Origin: Klebsormidium nitens | Taxonomy: Eukaryota; Plantae; Klebsormidiophyceae | Direction of reading: 5' to 3' | Length of the DNA stretch: 64,000 nucleotides | Assembly (NCBI GenBank): GCA_000708835.1 | Contig: DF237041.1 | Location: 1-64,000, forward strand | Part shown: piece by piece, positions 35,485 through 44,778 of the stretch | Layout of the letters: each line of letters begins with the position of its first letter | Numbering within the stretch: the first letter of the stretch is position 1 | Made by a program: the position numbers and the translations under genes | The notes under the pieces: generated by a model | The model's input: only the letters and a program-made list of their open reading frames with translations | What the model was told of the DNA's origin: nothing | The model's database searches: none

Positions 35485-38400
35485 CTAGATGAAGAATTGG
35501 CCCTCCCCAAGCTGGCGGTCATAAACGTCTTGACACACCTGTCCCAGCCCGTTCATTTGCCTCAGGTAAGCAATATGCCACGTGAACGTCGAGTAGATGT
35601 TTCCTATGAACGTCTTCGCTTTACTGCAAGTTAGTTGGTCTATCTGCCCGTACCGCATGTTAAAGTCGCCGCTCGGCGACTCGACGTACGACTTCCTCCA
35701 CGGAGGGAAGAAGTCTTGAACGAAGAACACGTTCTTGAACCCCTTCTCAAGGAACGCATTCCTCGTCTCGTCCGTAGCAACGTCGGTGCACACGTAGAGC
35801 GGCAGGTCGGTCGACACGTGTTGCAAAATGGTGTCCCCGACTTCGGAGATGGGCTTTTCCTCGGGATGGTCTAGCATAAACGTATCGCCCCTTCGCAAGT
35901 GGAGACAGCTGAACTCCTCCGTCCCGGCTTTCTGTAACATTGCGTTGACGATCTGGTCCTTTGTATCGACGACTATGGGGTTGGGAGCGATGCCGTGGAA
36001 AGCTTGCCGGTGGAACTTTTCCTGCAAAATCAGAAACAGATAGCCACGTCAAATGATCAAGCTCTGCCACGAGTGCAATCATCTGCATCATCAAGCGGGG
36101 TCCGTTGGTTTCGGTGGTTTCATCGTTGGCAAAGTACTAACGATGTCTTCAGACCGATACAGGAGACCGGAAACAATGCAACTCGAGTTCTCGCCATTCG
36201 CTGCCTTGGAAACCGCTGATTTAAGGTTGTGCTCAAGTTTTAGTTTCATTGAAAGTACGGGAGAAGCAGAGGCGATTGCAAGAACAAGGACGGGTAAGCG
36301 GACAGTGTAGCCAAAAGCGAGGTCTGCAAGAGAAATAGCAGTGTTCAGAGGACGTAACACATGATCAGGCAAATGTGACGCAAATCTCACAATGCCACGA
36401 GAAACGACAACAGGATTGAAGGCGATCAAGGAGGCATGCGGACCTTGACATAAGTGGAAAACGATCAGAGCAGTGAGTACATCTAAAACACACCCGGAAG
36501 AAAGGGACAAGTCGATCATCAACAGGAAGTAAGGGGTGGAGGGAGAGAAAGCTGCCGCGTCCTCACCTGCGCCGGACTTCCAAAAGCGCCGCCTTTCGCC
36601 CGAGCAGACGAGCGAAACGCCGGACAGACAAACACCATTCAAAACAGTGAAAGCACATCGAAAACGCAGACCAATTGTTGAAGGGCACAAACGGGTTAAG
36701 AACGCGGAAGGACACAAGCAGTAAACGTGCCGCATCTTCACCTGTGCGCCAGCATCGTCGAACTTGCCAAACCGCCGCACCATGTTGTAGAAGATCAGCA
36801 CCTGGTCGTTGTTTCCGCCAAACCAGCCCAGGATCTCCTCCTGACTGGCCCCCAGGTGGTAGTACTTGGACTGGTACTCCTTCGCGCGCGGCCACCAAGC
36901 CTCGCCGACGGGCGACGGCGGGCCGTTGTTGATGTACTGCACCGGGAGCTTCTCCCACTCCGGAAACGCCGTAGCGAGGAAACTGCAAAGAAGTTATTTG
37001 AACAGGTTGGGATTCAAAACGAGGCAACTTTACTAAGACATAGAAGGGTACAGCAAGTCTGACGAACTGGTCCTCCACTTTTCTTTAGGCTCTGATTACT
37101 TTTGAGGTCTGGCCGATGCAAATAGCATCTGCAGCGTGTGTAGTCGACGGCAAAGACCGTATTCAGGAGAAGGAAGGAGTTTCGACTTATCTGAATTCTT
37201 CAGCATCATAGTACTCTCTCCGATTTTCTCTTCCTCCAGGAAGATGCAATTCTCACCTCTGTGGAAGCACTCCCGGAAAGTGTTCCTGCAGCGCCTCGTA
37301 ATCGAAGAAGAAATCGTACGGCACCGGCGAGTCGACCATGTGGTCCCGATGAAACACCGGCAGAATCAGCGTGCGGTTCAACAGGCGCGCGAACGCGAGC
37401 GCGTTCCTCAGCGCCATGCGCTGGTTATTCAGCCCGTTGTCCTCGAGGGGGTCCCAGAACGTCAGGAACTTCCGCCCCCCGGGGCGGGAGTACTCAGGGG
37501 GATCCCCCGCCCACAAGTTGGCTTCGCGCAGGCGGTAGATCGCGGATGCGCGGTTGTCGGCCCAGTTGTTGTGGAGGGCAATCGGGGCAATCTGGAGCGA
37601 CTGAGGAAGGGTGGACTCGAAGAAGAGGGCCCCGTTGGGGAAGAGAGTCGGCTCGAGGATGCGCCACCGGAGGGGGGGGCGGCCCCGCACAAGGAGCTCG
37701 TGCATTGCCTGCGGGAACGGGACGATAGGTGAACACGCTATTGCACACTTGAGGGCAAATCAGGTTGTGTGAGTGCCAACGCCTTACAACCAAAGTTGTG
37801 AGAATGCGCAAAGTCGGAGACGGTCGTTGGGTGTTTGTTTGAGTGAGCGTCTGGGAGAACGGACGGTCTCCCATCAACCTGAGTTCGGGTTTCTGAAGCA
37901 GCCCAAAAACAGCAACGTTCGCAGTTGACCTCGTAGCATTTCGACTGAAGGAGAAAGAGAAAGTGACTGTGATGTCTGTGTCACTTTGTCTGACGGACTG
38001 CCTGACAGCGACCGACTGTGATTGACTAACTGACTGTGACTGTCACAGACTGACTGTTATTGACTGTGACTGTGACTGGGACACTGACTGTCACCGAATG
38101 TGACTATCCTGTCACTGACTGTCCAATCAAATCAGGCAGCCTGCAACGTTAGAAAAACCTTCGTTTTGGAAGGAGATCCAATATATTGAAAGGAAGACTT
38201 TTCGTGTCGCCAGAGGAGTACCATGAACCAAAGACTGAACCCTCTTCTCCTCCGAGGAAGAACTCTTCTACACCAGCGGGAAGCATCGTCCCATTCAAAT
38301 GTTCCAAGATGCAGGCTTGTCCTCACGTCTGCATCGGAGACCCCGCCTCGTCCCACCGCCTCCGCGACGCCCTCCCAAAACTCCACCACGCGCGTCCGCG

Positions 38401-41400
38401 CCACCGAGTAATGCAGCCCCGCGCCGACCACAGTTTCGACCGCCTTTCCCCCGGGACTCTGTTCACGGAACCCCGTCCGACTGTTACTCTGCACCTGTAA
38501 GTCTAGCTCGTTCTGGAAGAACTTGAACGGCGCCCGTTGCCAGACGATGTCCAGATCGCTGCTGAGTACGTGGTACCCTTGCTTTAGGCACCGCACGAGG
38601 ACCCCGTACCGGATCTTCCTCACTCTAGCACCCACGTCCTTTTCCTCGGGGGATCCCCCCGACAGGTCGAGCACTCCCCCCACTCCCTCCAACTTGCCCC
38701 CGCCAAACTTCTTGAAACTCTCCGAATCTACGGCGACCAAGACCAGGTTTTCTAGCGCCCCAACTCGCCGCAGATGGTGCGCAAAGTTCGCCAGCATGTC
38801 GTGCCAGCCAGCGGTAACTAGACCGACGATGACTTGCCGCCGCTTGTTGGCGGCCCCCTCGAGGGCATTCCGGAGGGCGGCGTCGTTAGACTGGGTTTCG
38901 TTTGAGGGTGCGACATCGTCGCTTAGCGGCAGGGTTTGGACGGTCTGCGCATTTGCGGTCGCCAGTAATTGCGCCACTTGGCGCTCGAGGTCGACGGCCT
39001 TCTGCGCTGCTCCATTTTCATTTCTGTAAGAAGAAGCAACGGTTTTAGCATCCTCCGAAAGATCACGATGTGGACTGGTGGTATAGTTGCGGCTTCCAGA
39101 GATGAATCAGAAGGCAACATCGAAGAGGGCAGGGAAGCATGCAAGCCATTCCGTTCGCCACACCGACGACGGACAAGACGGGAAAAGTTATGGTTCTCTG
39201 TAACAACTTTAAACATAAGCAGAGACAAGAATGATGTTTCATGCTTTCTCATCCCCCCCTCTTGTCCATGTCTTTTACTCAGGGGAGCTTAGATAGAAAC
39301 AGACCACCCAAAGACGATTCGAGAAATACTAATTGGAGGCAAACAACTAAGCGGCTCACTTGATAACCCCGGCCATCCACTCGTCGATCTCCGGCAGCAC
39401 GATGGTCTCGTCGGCCACTTCGCCCTCCACGAGCGGTGGCGAGAAGTGCGCAAAGAGGACGCTGCTGGGCAGGGCGGGAAGGTCCACCGGGTACGGCCCA
39501 TAGTTGCGGATCCAGTCCACGCGCTGGTACAGGTGCATCTTCTCGCGGTACTCCAGCTCGGTCCATACCTGGCCAACGAAACAGCTGGTTTTAGGCCCTG
39601 AGACATCAATCGAAGTTACTTATGTGTTACAGGGTTTGCAAGGACCTCCTCTCTGCATATGAATGCACCGCCAGTCCACGCACTGGTGCAGGTGCATCTT
39701 TTCGAGGGACTCCAGCTCCGTCCACCCTGGCCAAGAGCACGGGATGACGGAAGGACTGAATGACGGAAGGACTGAATGACAATCCTTTCAACCATTTAGA
39801 ACGTCCTCAGTCCCAAACCCAGCTTCTCGTTGACCTGCGGGTATGATGCGGCGTTGCGTTCTTGGCAACCATTTCATCCAAGCTGACCTTGAGTTTCGTG
39901 AAGTTCTGGTAATAATTAACCTCCTTCTAAAGACGTGGATGCTCGATGTATGCTGAAACTCCTCCGCAACTGTGGGACACCTGCTTAGAGTGCGCCTTGG
40001 AAAATCAACAAGGAAATCTGTGCAGCTCAGAAGCTCTTCTGGCCAGCATGAGACAGCTGCCTACATTGAACGGCTGTTGACAGGAGGACAAATCTAAAAT
40101 AGATGAAGCTAGACGCGAAGGGAGATGGATTCCTTTACCTGCGCTCACAATCCTATAGGTGAATGGTCCCGAACCTCGATTCTCCGAGAACCCAAAAGTT
40201 GATATCGGAGATCCAGATCCAACTCTCACCTGCTGCATATGCATGAGTGGCGCGAGGTCGAACGGCCAGTGCATGAACTTCCCGTTCGCAACCTCAAACA
40301 TAAACTTGACGAAGTTCAGGTCCCCCGTGTGGTACAGCGCGTTCCCGTTGATGTGCGAAATGATGTCACGCCCGATCGCCTCGCACTTTCCCTCGGGCCA
40401 TGGGAGGCACTTCCCGCGGAAAGCAGAGCCCTGGATCCAGTAGTCGCCTTTCGCGGCTTCCGTCAGCAGCTTGTCGAGCCATCCGGACTGGACGGGGGTG
40501 ACGTCAGGCTCCATCCAGAAGAGGTGCTGCAGAAAGCGGGTGTCGGTGGGTTTAGCAGACGGGTTACGAGACAGTGACATTGACCCTGGGGTTAACTGAC
40601 ACCGCGGGGATAAAGTTGGGCTCCATCCTGAAGAGGTGCTGTAGGAAAACGGGGGCGTCGGTGGGTTTAGGAATCGGGTTAAGAGACTGTGAAACCAACC
40701 CTGAAAATCATGACACTTCGACTGACAACGACATGACGACAACATGAATAAGCGGGTGTGACGGCGGGCTCCATCCAATGGAAGTGCTGAGCAAAAGTGG
40801 CTGTTGGTGGATTTAGCAGACGGGTTAGGAGACAGGGAAACCAACCCTGAGGTTAGGAAGCTTCGACTGTGCCTTACACCAAAACCTCTACAAACTGGGG
40901 AGGGTGGTTGTTTCCAATTTCTGCAGGAGCAGACGCAATCTGCTGGATAACTCTCCTTGCAATTCTTGTGCCGCCGCTGGGGCTGAGGGGCTATCAAGCC
41001 TTCTTTGATTTCTCTGTTCTGCGGGCCTAAACTCCATGACACTATACATCACGAGGCGCGTCTTCAGCTGTGAATCTGTGCAAGTTGGGAGCCATCCATC
41101 AGAAACGAGCCAGACCCTCCAACTCGCCCGTCCCAGCATTCGAACAAAGGCGCCCTTGCATTCCACAAACAACCGGCAGGCAAGTGAAGACTGGTTGTTC
41201 TGCTTGAGAAAAGGCCACCACCTGCTTTTCAGCAAATCAATGTACTGCAGGCTACAGCTGACTTTTAGCAACTTTGCCCCATAAAGTCAAAAGCTCTCTG
41301 ACAGTGCGGCGCCACTTCATCCCTCAGAATGTTTTTGAATTAACAAAGTGCCCTTGATTCCTCTCCTGAGGTCAATGTGCCTGAGCGCCCTGCCTGATCG

Positions 41401-43188
41401 CATCAAGAATAAAAGCCTGTTTGCCTCCATCAAGACATTTACCAACTTTCTTCAAATGAAGATGCAATCCATTGCGACTTGTAAGACAAGCTTTCAGGAT
41501 TCCCCACCTGCACTTCCATGATCTGGAGCTTGGTGAGGTGCTCGAACATGAGGTTGTAGAACATCATGTTGGGCCCCCTCGTCCACAGGTGGTTCGTCCG
41601 CTTCTTGTCGTAGACGTCATCCGCGTCCGAGAGGTTCGCCGACACAAACGCGACCTGCATTTTGGGCAAGGTTTAAGAGGGGCATAAGCTATCGCATGAT
41701 ATACTCGATATGCCAACAGCTCCTTTGCTGATTGGATTTGCCGACTATCTTCCGTTTGAGCGACTAGTGCCATTGAAGGCAGGCCAAAGCGAGCGCAACC
41801 TGGGTCTGCAACAGTGCTGAAGATGGTTAGTGGGGAGAGTTTAGTTAAGATGCGGTGCAGTAGATTGGTTCTTTGTGCCTGTCACTGATTCGACCACAGT
41901 TTGCGAAGAGAAGTAGATCCTATTAGTATATACGGAGAAGGTATGGAAGGCATACAAGAACCTTGACAGACATTTGAGACCGGCGTTTGAGGGGATTTCG
42001 TGAGGCATCACGGGCGCCTCTATGCCCTTTTACTGGGAGGTTGTCTGACAGCCCTCCTGAGAGTTGTCAGTAGCCAACTAGCAAAGGGGCGCCACTCTGC
42101 TCTCAAAAATTTGCTCAAAAGGGCACAAGTCCGTGATCAACTGCCGCGGACGGATGTTTCTGATTCTTTTTGTAGCTGCAGCTTTAAACATTAAACCATC
42201 AACAGCAATGGGGCACTTGGATCCTCGTCCATTCTGAGGTGAATGTTGCTTGACGCTAGATGTAAACTGACGGGACGCTATCTGTTTACTGACGGGGCAA
42301 AGGAAGTCTGCCTACAAGGTATGCTGCATACATGTGAGACCGCACCATTTTAGCTGAACAGTGCAGGTGGACACGTTGGTTGATCAAACATCCTTCAATT
42401 ACAGCATCGATGATCCCCACTCTTTCACAAGGGCAAGCCCGAACTACCACATTACATTCTGAAAACCTGCTTCGATTGGCCACATTGTGTGCATGAAGCT
42501 GAGGCACCTTGAGCTGCCTTTGACCGAACAAAGGCACTTTGTATGCAGGTCATCTCGTGGCAGTGCCCCACATTATACTAACAAAAGCACGAGCACCTCC
42601 AAACAATGCAGCTCCTCCTGTTGCTAAAGGCAGCCCGCTCGGAGATTGCAGACCGCTGCTTGCACTGAACAAACTCACAGAAACATCAGATTGCTGCATT
42701 GCAGAGCAGAAAAAAGCTGGATTCCTTACCTCTGAAAAGCAGGCCTTGATGTTTGGCGACTCCGCGGCATATCTGCGTAAGGCATTCGCGCCTTCGGACT
42801 CTGCGCTCATGTCCATGTCACCGTAGAGCAGCAACACTGCTCGGTGCGCGACGCCCCGATGCTCGCACGGGCCCTGACTGTCCCACCCCTTCAGTGCATC
42901 CAAAGCGTTCCCCGCCTGCCTTTCGGCAAAGGCAAGAGCAACCGCCACCTTGCCGTGCAACCCTAGACCCTCCGTAAAACACATGTCCTTGGCTAAGTTA
43001 CTGCGGCTGTGCCAGAGGAAGAAGCCGTTGAAGAAGACGATCCCAAACACGAGGAACAGAACGAATGCTACGCTGCTGTTGAATGTGCGCGCCATCTGCT
43101 GCCTCTTGACTTGCGGGGAGAAGGGGCGGTTCCATTGTGATCCTAGCCCAGAGAGAGACAGGAGAAACTGGCTAGGAATGGCAGCCAT
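35485..43188 (-). CDS. Type II membrane multi-domain glycosyltransferase-like protein: uncharacterised WMEPD/HINGNALY module + nucleotide-diphospho-sugar transferase (GT77-like) + O-fucosyltransferase-like module, ~1012 aa
   Basis: complement(join(35485..36021,36742..36982,37257..37708,38327..39023,39360..39568,40230..40526,41508..41654,42730..43188)); all GT-AG, frame preserved. N-terminal TM (VAFVLFLVFGIVFFNGFFLW). GT77-like NFAHHL..LVAVD..GYHVLSSDLDIVW..HNNW. O-FucT-like GLNNQRMALRNALAFARLLNRTLILP..LHLRRGD..LYVCTD..IDQLTCSKAKTFIGNIYSTFTWHI. Confidence 0.82.
36550..36605 (-). repeat. Degenerate copy of exon 3' end and donor (GT-fusion gene)
   Basis: ggcggcgcttttggaagtccggcgcag|gtgaggacgcggca versus the real gcggcggtttggcaagttcgacgatgctggcgcacag|gtgaagatgcggca at 36742. 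Confidence 0.7.
37963..38124. repeat. Degenerate (GACT/GACTGT)n simple repeat in an intron
   Basis: gtgactgt..gactgtgattgactaactgactgtgactgtcacagactgactgttattgactgtgactgtgactgg.. Confidence 0.8.
39660..39740 (-). repeat. Degenerate copy of acceptor and exon 5' end (GT-fusion gene)
   Basis: ttggccag|ggtggacggagctggagtccctcgaaaagatgcacctgcaccagtgcgtggactgg versus the real ttggccag|gtatggaccgagctggagtaccgcgagaagatgcacctgtaccagcgcgtggactgg; 158 nt apart. Confidence 0.9.
40500..40860 (-). repeat. Three tandem units of intron end + acceptor + exon 5' end (GT-fusion gene)
   Basis: cagggt..tgtctc.taacccg....ctaaa.ccacc.ac...ttt...cag|cac.tc...ggatggagcc with CAG acceptors at 40527-40529 (real), 40639-40641 and 40787-40789. 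Confidence 0.9.
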
Positions 43189-43438
43189 AGTTTCGGGCAG
43201 ATCTCACATTACCGCACGGGTTGTTGCAAGAGGCCCAATGCCGCGTGGACCATCGCTTCTTCGCCAATGCTAGCGAACCATGGTTTAGGTACCCTCAGAC
43301 TCCGCACTTATTGCCGCAATGGCGGCGGCATTGCCCTCCACTGCAGAATCCTGTACGTGCGGAATCAACCCTGACCTTCCCCAAAAACCTTGGAAGTTGA
43401 CTCTGGAGTCTGGACGAGATCTGTAGATACAAGAAATA

Positions 43439-43751
43439 TTGCACATTCGGTCAAACCTGGCCGCCTGACCCAATTCTGATTGGGGACCGATCGCAGAACT
43501 TGCCCGATGCGCAGAACTTGAGACCCTTCGATGATCTAAATGCCCTTCATCGAATGGCCCAAGTTCTGCAAAACCTGGCCGGCCGGTCAGAGCTGTTGTA
43601 AAACGTATTCACGGGCACAGGGTCAGAACTAGGGCCGTTCGATGGAGTCCTTCTGCGTAATCGAAGGGTCAATGTTCTGCGCATCGGCAAGTTCTGCGAT
43701 CGGTCCCAATCGGTTCTCGGGTCAGGCGGCCAGGTTTGACCGAACCTGCAA
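43439..43751. mobile_element. MITE with ~95-bp TIRs, TA-flanked
   Basis: ta|ttgcacattcggtcaaacctggccgcctgaccc..gggaccgatcgcagaacttgcccgatgcgcagaac..gacccttcgat ... atcgaagggtc..gttctgcgcatcggcaagttctgcgatcggtccc..gggtcaggcggccaggtttgaccgaacctgcaa|ta. Confidence 0.85.
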
Positions 43752-43753
43752 TA

Positions 43754-44074
43754 CCGTACGACCAAGGTATGATTCCGAATGCTAAAAAAAAGCAATTATT
43801 TGGCGAATGCGAGCCCAAATCATGTATTATTTTCCACTTTCCGACCCTAAATCCGAATCGGTGAGGGGTACCCAGGTACCCATGCTTTCTAGGGGACTGG
43901 CGGAACAAGGTACGTACCGGAGAGTTATACGGCCTGGAAAAGTACTTTCCGAATGAGTTTTAGCAATTATTTTTGCTTTCCAAAAAAGCAGAATCCGACT
44001 GCTTATCCGGAATTTCCAACTTTCCGCATGCAAATAATTATTTATTTAATCGGAATCATACCTTGGTCGTACGG
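43754..44074. mobile_element. MITE with perfect 25-bp TIRs and TA flanks (Tc1/mariner-type inferred)
   Basis: ta|ccgtacgaccaaggtatgattccga ... tcggaatcataccttggtcgtacgg|ta. Related copy at 31134-31331. Confidence 0.88.
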
Positions 44075-44778
44075 TAATACATAGCATGCTGCATGATTCA
44101 CAGACGCCGACTCGTTGACCAGCTCATCTGTACCACTGCCAGTACCTATGTAATTCACCGGGTGACCAGGGCGGCCTGGTGCCTTTGCCAGAGTTTGAAT
44201 GGAACAGGGGGCTTGATGACCTTCTTACTAACTTTTCTGTAAGCCGTCCGATGAGGCAGCTCTCGCTAATCGACGGCTCGATCTACATATTGGGGTGGCA
44301 TGTCAAATGTGACCTTTGACCCCCGTAGTACTAAGTAATCTACTGCCAGTAGGAACTGCACACTGCACAGCGGCTGAGCCTGGAAGTTGTAGGGCCAAAA
44401 CACCAATAAGAAGTACCGTACATTTGTCCATGTCATCAGACAGTACGTACCAGGTACCAAAGTGCCCTAGGAGAAGTCTGGAACCTGCCCTGCCCGGTGC
44501 CGTTTTCAAGGGGGTTAGGATTTCGATTTTCAATCCATTCATGCTGCCAGCTTCAGACTTCAAGTTCAGTGCTTTTGAAACCTGGAGCCTAGACAGAATG
44601 GCCGCCGCATAGCCAATCCTGATTTGCTGCAACTAATGCAGTGGGACAAACGATTTCAAGAGAATTTGCATTCATTCTGGTCTCCCTGCAGAGATTCAGC
44701 TCATTTTTGAAGCATCTGCATCTTTTCAAAGATTGAAGTGGGGTGGTGCAAGGGGGGGTGTAACAACTTATTGCATTG

